Source: Candidatus Eiseniibacteriota bacterium (GTDB taxonomy: Bacteria; Eisenbacteria; RBG-16-71-46; CAVPCR01). Taken from it: a stretch of DNA of 64,000 bases. This document shows, piece by piece, positions 41,235 through 51,431 of the stretch (position 1 is the first letter of the stretch; each line of letters begins with the position of its first letter). Made by a program: the position numbers and the translations under genes. Location: the NCBI GenBank assembly GCA_963702435.1, contig CAVPCR010000001.1, forward strand, positions 320,001 through 384,000, given 5' to 3'. The notes under the pieces were generated by a model. That model was not told the DNA's origin and searched no databases. It saw only the letters and a list, made by a program, of their open reading frames with translations.

Positions 41235-41913
41235 CCGCCAGGCGATCGAGGACAAGCTCGCCTACGTCGAGTTCCTCGAGCGGCTCTTGGAGGACGAGGT
41301 CGAACGCCGGGCGCAGAAGCAGCTCGCGCTCCGGCTCCGCCGCGCGTCCTTCACCAGCGAGAAGACGCTCGAGGGGTTCGACTGGGCGTTCAACCCCACC
41401 ATCAGCCGCCAGCAAGTCCTCGACCTGGCCACCGGCCAGTGGATCGAGAGAAAGGAGTCGACTCTCATCGTCGGGCCCTCGGGCGTCGGCAAGAGCCACC
41501 TCGCCCAGGCCCTCGGCCACGAGGCCTGCCGTCGCGGCTACGATGTCCTCTTCCTGCCGCTGACCAAGATGCTCGCGCATCTCAACGGCGGCCGGGCGGA
41601 CGACACCTTCGAGCGGCGGCTCGGCACCTACCTCCGACCGGATCTCTTGGTCCTCGACGACTTCGGGATCCGGGCGCTCAAGGGACACGAACCGGAGGAC
41701 CTCTACGAGGTGATCAGCGGTCGCTACGAACGGGGCTCTGTGCTGGTCACCAGCAATCGGGCCTACCAGGAGTGGCCGGCGGCGTTCGGCGACAACCCGC
41801 TGCTCGCCTCGGCCGCGCTCGATCGCCTGGCGCATCGAGCGCACCTCATCACCATCACCGGCAAGAGCTACCGAGCCCATGAGCGTGAAGCCGTGGCTCG
41901 GAAGGCCGCGTAG
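41155..41913 (+). CDS. istB: IS21 helper ATPase IstB
   Basis: GPSGVGKSHLA, LLVLDDFG, TSN, ALDRL. Confidence 0.96.
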   Translation: MDLNSQLIPKLKALRLSGILATLDMRNRQAIEDKLAYVEFLERLLEDEVERRAQKQLALRLRRASFTSEKTLEGFDWAFNPTISRQQVLDLATGQWIERKESTLIVGPSGVGKSHLAQALGHEACRRGYDVLFLPLTKMLAHLNGGRADDTFERRLGTYLRPDLLVLDDFGIRALKGHEPEDLYEVISGRYERGSVLVTSNRAYQEWPAAFGDNPLLASAALDRLAHRAHLITITGKSYRAHEREAVARKAA

Positions 41914-42293
41914 GGAGAAAGGACACCGAAGGACCACCGCACACACGTGCCCGTGGCTCCCTATCAGGCGAAATCACGTGGCTACCTTCAGGCGACAGTT
42001 GACAACGATGACGTGGAAGCCCCGAAATGGCGTCGCGATGCGAGCCTTCTCTCGCAAACGCCGGATCGCCGCCCGCACAGCGACGGGCGATGAGTTCAAG
42101 GCGGCAACGGCCTCCACGGTAGTGAAGTGGTACCGTCCCCTGGCAGCCAGCTTGTCGATGTAGCTGCCGATGTCCATCTTGGCCTCCGGAAGCACTTGGC
42201 CAAGACAACACCAGACGTTTCCTTGATCAACCACTTCCGGAAGCTGCTACCAGCAGCGCTGGGCGTGGTAGGACTCCCCGCGCGAGCGCTCGA

Positions 42294-43511
42294 TCACGAC
42301 AACCCCACCTCGCGGCCCAGGATGCGCGCGACGAAGCTGGCGCCGCTCTGAGCCGAAGCAACCATCGTGCTGATCTTCTCCCTGACCTGGGCAGTCATTC
42401 CGGTGCGCTCTGCAGCCTTCATCGTGCTCGAGTAGGCAGCCCACACGTCGACGCCGGTGATCTCGTAGCCGCGGCCCTGGACGAGCCAGTGCAGCGCGAG
42501 AAGACCCGCGCCCAGCGCAAAGGCCGGCTCGTCGTCCACGTGGTCCCGCGCGGCGCGGGTGAGGGTCCTGGGGTCACACGGCGTGCGCTCCGCAAGCACG
42601 AGCGCCTCTTGGAAGAGACCGGCATCCTTGGCCGCGGCAAACCACTTGCCATCGTCGCCGTGAGTCGTCTCCACCAGATCGGCAAGAATGTCGCTCGCGC
42701 TCTTGTGCGGGTACTTTCTGGCGACGGCACGGAACGTCGCGAGGTAGGTGCCGCCCCGATTGGCCGTCAGGCCGTAACGGCGATAAGCCTCGTCGACCAT
42801 CCCGGAGGACAGCAGTATCTCCTCGCAGAGCCGGTCGATATCCGAGTCACTGGCCCACGGACCGCGGCTCGCTTCTGCGCAGCGGATGGCCTCAGCTCTC
42901 TTGCCCTGAGCCGCCAGTGCCTTCACCGCCCAGCGTTTGTAGTGCCAGAACCCTTCTGTCTGCAAGACACCGAGCAGCTCGTCGTAGCGATCGGCCGCGT
43001 AGAGCGCGCTCAGACAAGCCGGCGTCCCATGGAAGTGACCACGCAGGTCCTTGTCGTCGCTGAGCGCCATGCGCGTTGTGCCGAGGAGGCGGTCGGCCCA
43101 TTCCGAGGCGAGCTCCTTCGACGCACAGAGCTCGCCCCAGTAGTCAGCGAGCCTTTCGATGTAGGGGATCTCGTCTGCAGCGTGCGCTTCGAAGAGCCGC
43201 TCGAGCCAGGCGGCACGGGTCTTCGGATCGGCCGGCGCGCCGGCGATCACAGGCACAAGCTCCGCGATCGCATTGTTCACCGCGGTGCCGATTGCACCGG
43301 ATGAGCTGTCGACGTTCTCCAGCGCCGGTGAGACCCGCTCGAAGAACGCAACCGCACCTTCGGCGGCGAGCACGGCCTCTTTGCGAGCGATCTTCTTGAT
43401 TTCGCTGACGGCTTGTTTCACCCGCTGGACGGCAGGTTGCGACCTCCAGCCGAACGCGTGCCGGCGGAAACGCGCCTTGAACTCCCACTTGTGCGACTCA
43501 GCCTTCGTCAT
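42294..43511 (-). CDS. Conserved alpha-helical hypothetical protein
   Basis: 405-aa ORF starting MTKAESHKWEFKARFRRHAFGWRSQPA; plausible codon use; function not recognised. Confidence 0.75.
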   Translation of the reverse strand: MTKAESHKWEFKARFRRHAFGWRSQPAVQRVKQAVSEIKKIARKEAVLAAEGAVAFFERVSPALENVDSSSGAIGTAVNNAIAELVPVIAGAPADPKTRAAWLERLFEAHAADEIPYIERLADYWGELCASKELASEWADRLLGTTRMALSDDKDLRGHFHGTPACLSALYAADRYDELLGVLQTEGFWHYKRWAVKALAAQGKRAEAIRCAEASRGPWASDSDIDRLCEEILLSSGMVDEAYRRYGLTANRGGTYLATFRAVARKYPHKSASDILADLVETTHGDDGKWFAAAKDAGLFQEALVLAERTPCDPRTLTRAARDHVDDEPAFALGAGLLALHWLVQGRGYEITGVDVWAAYSSTMKAAERTGMTAQVREKISTMVASAQSGASFVARILGREVGLS

Positions 43512-43721
43512 CGTGCTTTGGATGCTGTGGTCTGTGTGTCGGCTCTCACGAGCATGGGACCCAGGTTTCTCACGAGCTTTCCCCCGGTCCCTGAGGGTCG
43601 TGCCATCCGCGTCCGATTGTCCCCACCTTCCGTTCTTCTGTCCAGCGGCGGTGTGGGCGTGATGGCCGCTACCGCCTCCTACGGACTCCCGTACCCGCCC
43701 CGCCTCGCAGACCGGCACATT

Positions 43722-43751
43722 TGGCTCCCCTTGTTGGACGGTGTACGAACC
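43722..43751 (-). other. Degenerate tRNA 3'-end-like sequence, possible att remnant
   Basis: TGGCTCCCC-TTGTT-GGAC-GGTGTA-CGAACC resembles the reverse complement of GGTTCGA.TCC.....GGGGAGCCA. Confidence 0.4.
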
Positions 43752-43874
43752 TTTCTCTTGCTGCGACCGCCTCTTCAGGCCCGCTCCCTGGCGGCGTCAG
43801 CGAATGCGTCCCCCCCTGCCCCCCTCACTACGTGACCCGCCAACAGCCATCCGCCCCCGACCGGCTCCAGAGGC

Positions 43875-46568
43875 TCAGCGTAAGACGACGACAGACCGCT
43901 GATCGTGACCTCCGACCGCTTCAAGGCGAATATAATAGACACCAGCGCCAACCGGTTGACCCTGGCCGTTCAGGGTGTCCCAGGTCACGACTTGTGGACC
44001 AGACTCCATGCTGCTTTCGAAAAGCTCCTGCACCAACCTCCCAGCCACGTCATAGATTCTGACCCTCGCCAAGCCGGTGCCCGGAAGCTCGAATCCGATA
44101 CGAGTCGACTCCCGTACTGGGTTCGGCGCACAAGTGCCGAGCCGCAGATGGCCTCCGGAGCCCGGGATCGAATCAACCACTGCTACAGATCCGCCCTCGC
44201 CAAACACCGAGCGGAGAATGAAGTCCGCATTGTCGCGCAGCGCCCCGCGATCCCAGCGTTGTGGGCGCCCTGATACGAACACGAAATCACCACCTTCAAC
44301 TGCCGCCCGCCATGCGCCGATTCCCAAGTTGTTGCTCGCATCAATGAAGAGGAGAGTTGTCTCTGTTCCGAGAGACTCTGGATAGAAATAGCTGCAATTG
44401 CTTTGATCCCCAATGGCTGTCATATCCCTCAGACCCGGGTAGGTAGCATTCGCGCCATTGAGCACACCCCCACCCCACCAGTCGATCTCCAAGTAGTTCC
44501 TCAGTCCCTCGGTGAAGAAGTCACTCCCCCGTTTTGTCATAAGGAGCATGTTCCCCCCCGCTTGTAGGTAGGACAGGTTCGGCGACTCGAACCAGAGCTC
44601 CAGATCACCGTTCCACGCGTTTCCGATCCAGACGACCGACGAGTACCTGCCCATGATCGGTGCCGGCACTGCTCCATGACCTAGCGGCGCAGGTAGCGTC
44701 CCAGGATAACCACCAGGTGGGGCCGAAAACAGATCCCAGAACGCGATGTCGTGATTTCCCCAGAATGCACGCTGCTCATATGCATCCAGCACCTCGCTGC
44801 CTAAGGCGCCCCAGTCCAGACCGTTCACAAGGAGAATCCCCTGGTCGAACGTCGGGTTCATGATCCCCACCCGCCGCTCACAGAGGATCCACTCCTCTGG
44901 ATCGAGCCGGACATGGACGGGTTCGCGTGCCACGGTCAGCAGATAGTCCTGCGTGGCCTGGCCGTTCTGGAGGACGTGCACCTCGTTACCCCCTTCTGCG
45001 AACACGATCTCCACGTCAATGGGCATGGTGAAGATCTGATTAGTCTGCACTTGGTTGACCCTGAGCTCTACCTCCCAGTTGCCGCCAACGTCCTGGGCGT
45101 CCCACGCATACTCATAAATCGGGAATCCCTCGCCGTATATCCACTGCTGAAAGAACGACCCCAGGCTCTGTCCCGACACGCTCTCCGCAACCCCCCTGAA
45201 GTCCTCGGTCGTGGCTGTACCGCCGCCAAAGGCGGTGTAATAAGTCTGCAGCACCCGAAAGAAGCTAACATCTCCCAACACGTGCCTCAGCATGTGTAGT
45301 ACCCATGACGCCTTGCGATAGGAAAGATCGGGATCGAAGATCGAATTGACATCGCTCGGATCCTCGACGTAGATGGTGCCGGGACCAAAGAACGCGTTGA
45401 GAGACATTCCCTCGTGTAGGGCTTGCTCTCCTTCAGTCTCTTCACGATACAGCGCCTCGCAGTAGGTCGCAAAGCCCTCATTGAGCCAGATGTGATGGAA
45501 GCTCTCGCACGTGACGAAGTCGCCCCACCATTGATGAGCAAGCTCATGCACAATCGTTGATTCCGTCGCACCCCCGCGGATGAATGAGCAGGTTTGGTTC
45601 TCCATCGCTCCACCGGAGACTTGAGCATGACCGTATTTCTCTGCGGTGAACGGGTACTCACCAAACATGTCCGCGAACGTCTCAATCATGCCGACGGTCT
45701 TTCCGTAGAGCTCCTGTACGGCATTGTAATTCTCCGGAGCGACAAAGAACTTGACTTCCATGGAGTCAGCGGGTGCGTAGACATACCAATCGGAAAACTG
45801 GACGTAAGGGTAGATTGCTATAGCGACGAGGTAGGTGGAGATTGGATAACCCTCGTGCCAGTGATGGATGTATTGTGTGCCGGCCGGAGTCACCGACATC
45901 AACGTGCCGTTAGATGCCACCTCGAATCCACCGTCGGCTGTGACATAAATGTCGACCGAATCGGCTTTGTCCGATACCTGGTCCTTGCATGGCCACCACT
46001 CACGGGCTCCATACGGCTCTGACGATGTCCATGTCAGTCGACGACCGTTCCACATATCCCAGGAAAAGTGCCAGCCAGAGGGGTCGCCATGATAGTCAAC
46101 CTCAACGCAAAACACCTCGCCCTGCGTATAGCCCCGATCCAGGGAAATTGTCAGGAGATCATCGACATGGGTGAAGGACACGGTGGTGCCGCCCGACCTT
46201 ACGGCGTTGACGGTCATGTTGGAGGCTAGATCCAGATCCACTTGGTTAATCTCTTGCGCCAAGACTAAGCCTCTCGTGAGCACTGTGGCGGTCAGTTGTC
46301 GAACGGCATGATTCGGACTGAGGTCGAGCCGGTAGTAGACCGCATCCCAATCGAGCTGATTGGCCGACGGCGGGATGTTTCGGATGGCTGCCCGCCTTGG
46401 GCTGGTGCACTTGTGCTCTGCTTCCCAGGCGGGCACGTCCAGGTCCGAGCAGACCTTTGGAGGGGGGCTTTGAGCAGCCCCAGAGGAGTAGGCGGACGTG
46501 CCCCAGAAGGCCGCGAGCAGCATGGCTAGGGCAGGGCCGAACCGCTGCTTGACTGCGCAATGAGTCAT
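43875..46568 (-). CDS. Secreted M1-family aminopeptidase with FlgD-like tail
   Basis: GAMEN, HELAHQWWG...WLNEGFA; PNP...GVYYIRL tail. Confidence 0.93.
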   Translation of the reverse strand: MTHCAVKQRFGPALAMLLAAFWGTSAYSSGAAQSPPPKVCSDLDVPAWEAEHKCTSPRRAAIRNIPPSANQLDWDAVYYRLDLSPNHAVRQLTATVLTRGLVLAQEINQVDLDLASNMTVNAVRSGGTTVSFTHVDDLLTISLDRGYTQGEVFCVEVDYHGDPSGWHFSWDMWNGRRLTWTSSEPYGAREWWPCKDQVSDKADSVDIYVTADGGFEVASNGTLMSVTPAGTQYIHHWHEGYPISTYLVAIAIYPYVQFSDWYVYAPADSMEVKFFVAPENYNAVQELYGKTVGMIETFADMFGEYPFTAEKYGHAQVSGGAMENQTCSFIRGGATESTIVHELAHQWWGDFVTCESFHHIWLNEGFATYCEALYREETEGEQALHEGMSLNAFFGPGTIYVEDPSDVNSIFDPDLSYRKASWVLHMLRHVLGDVSFFRVLQTYYTAFGGGTATTEDFRGVAESVSGQSLGSFFQQWIYGEGFPIYEYAWDAQDVGGNWEVELRVNQVQTNQIFTMPIDVEIVFAEGGNEVHVLQNGQATQDYLLTVAREPVHVRLDPEEWILCERRVGIMNPTFDQGILLVNGLDWGALGSEVLDAYEQRAFWGNHDIAFWDLFSAPPGGYPGTLPAPLGHGAVPAPIMGRYSSVVWIGNAWNGDLELWFESPNLSYLQAGGNMLLMTKRGSDFFTEGLRNYLEIDWWGGGVLNGANATYPGLRDMTAIGDQSNCSYFYPESLGTETTLLFIDASNNLGIGAWRAAVEGGDFVFVSGRPQRWDRGALRDNADFILRSVFGEGGSVAVVDSIPGSGGHLRLGTCAPNPVRESTRIGFELPGTGLARVRIYDVAGRLVQELFESSMESGPQVVTWDTLNGQGQPVGAGVYYIRLEAVGGHDQRSVVVLR

Positions 46569-46583
46569 TTGTGTGGTGCCGTT

Positions 46584-47024
46584 CTAGGGATCACACGGGT
46601 GCTGGCCACAGGATGCAGGACAGGTTACGCAAGTCGTCAGAGCCTGGCCCCTGAGAACATTGTCCATGTAAAACAGGACTTTGAACTGCTTCCTGGGGTT
46701 ACCATACTGAAACTCGGAAGCTGGAACGCAGTAATACCATGTTCCATCGTCGCACCAATCGAGTGTGGCGATCTCCTCGTAGGGTCCCGTACAACACTCG
46801 TCACTGGTGGCCTGTAGGACTATGTGATTGAATTCAACGGTGTCATGGTCCCACGTGATTCTCCACGATATATGGGTCTCACTGTGGTTATGAAGGGGGC
46901 AGCCTGGCGTCGGATAGATGCACGCGGCATCGGCCGTAGGGTACCCAGAATCTCCCAACGCACTGCTTGCCATACAGAGCATGATAGTAGCTGACGCAGC
47001 AAGTGTCATCTTCAGTGAGAACAT
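46584..47024 (-). CDS. Small secreted Cys-rich protein (146 aa)
   Basis: GAGGAG RBS, signal peptide ending ALG, 10 Cys in the mature part. Confidence 0.75.
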   Translation of the reverse strand: MFSLKMTLAASATIMLCMASSALGDSGYPTADAACIYPTPGCPLHNHSETHISWRITWDHDTVEFNHIVLQATSDECCTGPYEEIATLDWCDDGTWYYCVPASEFQYGNPRKQFKVLFYMDNVLRGQALTTCVTCPASCGQHPCDP

Positions 47025-47052
47025 GGCTTCTCCTCGGATTGTCAGCGACGAT

Positions 47053-48367
47053 GGGCCTGTCAACTCTTTTGTGTAAACGGCCGGGATGATCATTGCGGCA
47101 CTCGACCCTCGAAGACGATCGCGAAGTGATTCAGCGCTCGCGACCAGTCCTTCACCGGCCGGCTCCAGCGCTCGGAGGCCTTGCGGATCGCCAGGTAGAG
47201 GACCTTCCGCACCGAATCGGGCGTTGGAAACGCCCCCCGCTTCTTCGTCACCTTGCGGATCGAGGCATTGATCGACTCGATCGCGTTCGTCGTGTAGATC
47301 ACCTTGCGGATCTCCGGGGGGTAGGCGAAGAACGGCGTCACCTGCTCCCAGCGGGACCGCCAGGACTGGCTGATCGAGGGGAAGCGGGCGTCCCACTTGG
47401 CGGCGAAGGCCGCGAGGGCCGCCGCCGCGGCCTCGGCCGTGGGGGCCGTGTAGATCGCCCGCAGGTCGTGGGCCACGAGCTTGCGCTCCTTCCAGCTCAC
47501 GTACTTCAGCGAGTTGCGGATCATGTGCACGATGCAGAGCTGGACCTCTGTCTTCGGGTACAGGGCGCCGATCGCCTCCGGGAACCCCTTGAGCCCGTCG
47601 ACGCAGGCAATCAAGATGTCCTGGACCCCGCGATTCTTGACCTCGGTCAGGATGTTCATCCAGAACTTCGCGCCCTCGCTCTCGCCCACCCACAGCCCGA
47701 GCAGCTCCTTCTGGCCGTCCAGGCCGATCCCCAGCGCCAGGTAGACCGCCTGGGTCTGGACATGGCCGTTGCGCCGCAGCTTCAGGTGGATCGCATCCAG
47801 GTAGACGATCGGGTAGACCGCTTCCAGCGGCCGGCTCTGCCAGGCCTGAACGTCCTCGAGGACCGCGTCGGTGACCGCGGAGATCAACGCCGGCGACACC
47901 TCCACCCCGTAGAGCTCTTGCAGGTGCCCCTGGATGTCGCGGGTGGTCAGGCCGCGAGCGTACAGCGCGATCACCTTCTCGTCGAAACCGGGCAGCCGTC
48001 GTTGCCCCTTCGGGACGAGCTGCGGCTCGAACTCCCCCTTGCGGTCGCGAGGAACCTGGATCGCCAGTTCCCCGGAGTCGCAGAGCACGTGCTTCGGGCT
48101 GGTGCCGTTGCGGGAGTTGCCGCTGTTACGCCCCTCCGGCGCGTGCTTCTCGTAGCCCAGGTGCGCGGTCATCTCGCCGTGCAGGGCACGCTCCACCAAG
48201 CGGCGGGTCAGCTCCTTGAGCAAGCCTCCCTGGCCGAGGATCTCCTCAGGCTTCTTGCCTTTGAGCAGCTCATCGAGCATCTTGTCCACATCGTCGGGCT
48301 GGGCCATGACTGTCCTCCTGTCCAGAGTGTACGTCATGACCGTTTACACAAAGGAGTGTACAGTCCC
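47053..48367 (-). mobile_element. IS256-family insertion sequence (1315 bp)
   Basis: Inverted repeats GGGCCTGTCAACTCTTTTGTGTAAACGG and GGGACTGTACACTCCTTTGTGTAAACGG; 8-bp target duplication GCGACGAT (47045-52 and 48368-75). Confidence 0.96.
47090..48307 (-). CDS. IS256 transposase
   Basis: VPRDRKGEFEP, YLDA, VDGLKG, QLCIVH, YTTNAIES. Confidence 0.97.
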   Translation of the reverse strand: MAQPDDVDKMLDELLKGKKPEEILGQGGLLKELTRRLVERALHGEMTAHLGYEKHAPEGRNSGNSRNGTSPKHVLCDSGELAIQVPRDRKGEFEPQLVPKGQRRLPGFDEKVIALYARGLTTRDIQGHLQELYGVEVSPALISAVTDAVLEDVQAWQSRPLEAVYPIVYLDAIHLKLRRNGHVQTQAVYLALGIGLDGQKELLGLWVGESEGAKFWMNILTEVKNRGVQDILIACVDGLKGFPEAIGALYPKTEVQLCIVHMIRNSLKYVSWKERKLVAHDLRAIYTAPTAEAAAAALAAFAAKWDARFPSISQSWRSRWEQVTPFFAYPPEIRKVIYTTNAIESINASIRKVTKKRGAFPTPDSVRKVLYLAIRKASERWSRPVKDWSRALNHFAIVFEGRVPQ

Positions 48368-48620
48368 GCGACGATTGACGCCAGCGATTGCGCGATGTTT
48401 GCGCGCCAGGACCGTCGCAGGCGCGGACCAACTCACTCGTGTGATGTGAGATCGTCCGGGATTTCCAAGTACGGAATCGGCCCGGAACCGGGAGCAGAAA
48501 GGTGACGCGTTGCTGCGAAAGGGCTGGCCACCGGACCCTCCACGGTGCGGGCGGGTGCGACTCGGTCGAGCGGGTATCTTGCCTGCCAGCTCGAAAACCC
48601 CGGACGAAGCATGAGAGTGA

Positions 48621-48786
48621 ATGGACCGCCTCCTGCTCTGGTCGAGCGTTAGCGGCCTCATCGTCGGGCGGCTTCGCGCCGGGACTCAGTGAGTCGCCGA
48701 GCGGTGAGGTCTGGCCCTGTGGACCTGGCTCGCGCAAGAGCCAAACCACCAAGGTCGAGGATGCTCCTTTCGGCGACCCAGGGCAA
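48621..48786 (-). ncRNA. Conserved promoter plus structured leader, copy 1 (candidate cis-regulatory RNA or recombination site)
   Basis: Homologous to 55095-55246 and 57061-57229; TTGCCC-N17-CATCCT; two hairpins and a 3-way junction. Confidence 0.5.
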
Positions 48787-49509
48787 GCGCAAATCATGGA
48801 GACATGAGATTCCTCAGCAGATGCCTCAACTGGCTATTGCTCTTCGAGTTACATGTTCGATCCTGGCCCGGCGCTTCAGTGAGATGGAAGCCAAAGCTCA
48901 GTGAGATGGAAGCCAAGCCCGGTGCAGCCTTGATCTTCCCCTCGCCGCCAGGGACCTTTGGCTCAGTGCCCGTCATCCCGAGGCGACCCATGCCCTACCT
49001 CTCGCCAGCGACCCTCACTCAAGCAGAACAGAAGGCTCTCCTGCAGGCCACGGCCGGCCACCCGCGAGACCACTTGATCTTCTCCCTCGCCCTCGGCACC
49101 GGGCTCCGCCTCGGCGAGATCGTCGGGTTGAACGTGGCCGACGTGTTCTTCGACGACGGCTCACCGCGCACGCGGGTCCGGCTACGCCGCGAGATCGCGA
49201 AGGGCGGGCGCGCGGGTGACGTATTCGCACCTGATGTGCTGGTGGGCAAGCTCGAGCGGTTCTGGCTCTACAAGCAGGCGCGCCACGAACGACTTGATCC
49301 ATCGGCCCCGCTCTTCTGCAACCAGGGCAGGCGGCGAATCTCGAAGCGTCGGGTCCAGGTCCTCTTCCGCGCGTGGCAGGTCGTCGCCGGGTTCTCGCGG
49401 CTGTATCCCTTCCACAGCTTGCGTCATTATGCCGCGCTCCGGATTATGCCGACTCGACGCAGGAAGCCCGGCGGATCTCGAGTCGGGTGGGCAGCCTGAG
49501 TCGGCATAA

Positions 49510-50505
49510 TCAGAGGCTCCTGAGGAAGGCCAGGAGGTGGTCGTCGGGGCGGTAGCGCCCCACCGGCACGTTGAGCGGTGCAGTCTTGGCGAGAGCCTGC
49601 TCTTTCATCGCGAGACTCGCCTGCAAGTACATCTGAGTTGTTTCGACCGACTCATGACCGAGCCAGAGCGCGATCACCGATCGGTCGACACCGTGCTGCA
49701 GCAGCTCCATGGCGGCGGTGTGCCGGAGCACGTGCGGCGAGACGTGCTTGTGCCGTAGTGACGGGCAGCCGTCTCGTGCCTGTGTCACGTGCTTGGCAAG
49801 CAAATGCTCGACCCCATCGCGGCTGAGTGGACCGCCACGTTGGTTAGGAAACAGCGGATCCGAGGGTTGGCCTTGCCGCTCATGGAGCCATTGGGCTAGT
49901 GCCATCGTGGAGTCACGGCGCAGCGGCGTGCATCGCTCTTTACGTCCCTTCCCGAGGCAACACACGTGGGCACCAGCGCCGAGCACAACGTCCTGACAGC
50001 GCAGGCTGATGAGCTCCGAGACCCGCAGGCCCGTCTGGACCGCGACGAGCAGGAGCGTCCGATCGCGTCGACCATGCCAGGTAGTCTGCGGAGGGGCGAC
50101 GAGGAGGGCGTCGATCTCAGGACGAGTGAGGAACTTGATGGGCCGACGGTCATAGCGCTTGCTGGGCATTGCCAAGACTCGCTGGATCAATGCGCTGTGC
50201 TCGGGCACGGTGAAGGCGGCGAAACGGAAGAATGACCGAATGGCAGCCAGTCGCGTGTTACGGGTTCGTGGGCCGCTGCCGCGAGTCTTCTCCAGGTTGT
50301 CGAGGAAGGCTCCGATGAGCGGCGCATCGATGTCGGTCAGAGCAAGGGCGGAGGGGGTCTTCTTCAACCGCTGCTGCGCGAAGACGAGGAGTAGGTGGAA
50401 CGAATCTCGGTAGCTGGCGATGGTGTGGGGGCTGGCCTGTCGCTGGCGCATGAGACGATCGGTGAAGAAGGTCTCGAGGAGGCTGGCGAGGTTCGGCGTA
50501 GTCAT
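49510..50505 (-). CDS. RIT tyrosine recombinase C
   Basis: TGLRVSEL, GKGRKER, HVLRH, LWLGH, TTQMY. Confidence 0.95.
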   Translation of the reverse strand: MTTPNLASLLETFFTDRLMRQRQASPHTIASYRDSFHLLLVFAQQRLKKTPSALALTDIDAPLIGAFLDNLEKTRGSGPRTRNTRLAAIRSFFRFAAFTVPEHSALIQRVLAMPSKRYDRRPIKFLTRPEIDALLVAPPQTTWHGRRDRTLLLVAVQTGLRVSELISLRCQDVVLGAGAHVCCLGKGRKERCTPLRRDSTMALAQWLHERQGQPSDPLFPNQRGGPLSRDGVEHLLAKHVTQARDGCPSLRHKHVSPHVLRHTAAMELLQHGVDRSVIALWLGHESVETTQMYLQASLAMKEQALAKTAPLNVPVGRYRPDDHLLAFLRSL

Positions 50506-51431
50506 GGCTGCCGGCCTCCTTCCTCCAGTCGCGCCGACGCGAGTGCCAGCAGTTCGGGAGTCGCCGAGAGATACCAGTACGTGTCGGTCACATGGACGTG
50601 ACCCAGATAAGTGGCCAGCGTGGGGAGGCGCTGTTCGACGGTCGCGCCCGAACGGTACCAACCGAGCACTGTGCGCACGGCAAAGCTGTGTCGCAGGTCG
50701 TGCAGCCGCGGGCCGCAATGTGCCTTGGGTGCCCGCAGGCCAGTTTGGATCGATAGCTTGACGAACGTCCAGCGCAGGATCCACCACGTCAGGCGGCGGC
50801 CTTGGTCAGAGAGGAAGAAGCTCGGTGTGGGCGGCTTGGGGAAGATCTGATCGCGATGGCGGGCATAACGCTGGAGAACGGCCTGAGTCGACGGATGTAC
50901 CGGAAGCAGTCGGGACTTGCCGAACTTGGCCTGGCGGATGCGAAGGACACCACGCTCGAGGTCCACGTCGTCGCGATCGAGGTTGGTGAGCTCGCCGGCC
51001 CGCATCCCCGTCACCGCCACCAGCCCGAATGCCGTGTGGTAGGTCCAGGGCCGGAGCCCTCTGGTGCTCTGGAGCGTCCAGGCAGCATCGACAAGATGCT
51101 GGATCTCGGTCGGTGTAAAGATGTACGGACGCTGTCTATGATAGTGATAGGGAAGCAGCCCTGCTGGCGGGACCTCGGTGCGGGGGTCTGTAGCACTCCA
51201 GTGCTGCGCGAACTTGCGCACCACCCGCAGGCGGCTTGCCCAGTGGGCTGGCGAGGCGTCTGCAGGCTGCGTGGCCCAGCGCAGGGCAAGATCGTTGGTG
51301 ATGTAGTCCGCTCCCACGCGTTCCATGAAGGAGACGAAGTCCGGGAGCAATCTCCCTCCTTCGGCCATCTTGAACCCGAGGCATCGCCGAAGGCGCAAAT
51401 ACTCATCGACGGCGCTGAGGAGGGTGCTCAT
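50502..51431 (-). CDS. RIT tyrosine recombinase B
   Basis: TGMRAGE, KFGKSR, HDLRHSFA, YLGH, TYWY. Confidence 0.95.
   Translation of the reverse strand: MSTLLSAVDEYLRLRRCLGFKMAEGGRLLPDFVSFMERVGADYITNDLALRWATQPADASPAHWASRLRVVRKFAQHWSATDPRTEVPPAGLLPYHYHRQRPYIFTPTEIQHLVDAAWTLQSTRGLRPWTYHTAFGLVAVTGMRAGELTNLDRDDVDLERGVLRIRQAKFGKSRLLPVHPSTQAVLQRYARHRDQIFPKPPTPSFFLSDQGRRLTWWILRWTFVKLSIQTGLRAPKAHCGPRLHDLRHSFAVRTVLGWYRSGATVEQRLPTLATYLGHVHVTDTYWYLSATPELLALASARLEEGGRQP

Larger units (their letters stand above)
39352..42004 (+). mobile_element. IS21-family insertion sequence (2653 bp)
   Basis: TGTCA...TGACA ends, 5-bp target duplication ACGAT (39347-51 and 42005-09), subterminal ATAGG(T/G)AGCCA repeats, istA and istB. 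Confidence 0.96.
38735..42177 (-). pseudogene. AbiEi antitoxin interrupted by IS21 and frameshifted near 39277 and 38790
   Basis: MDIGSYIDKLAARGRYHFT...GFHVIV | PPEHRALG...YYVGLLTAASLHGAAHQAP...STPEATAFDL...QRLGYLL. Confidence 0.87.

Noticed and set aside
39344..48375. Shared GACGAT at the IS21 and IS256 target sites
   Set aside because: A short motif common in this genome, with unrelated transposases; probably coincidence.
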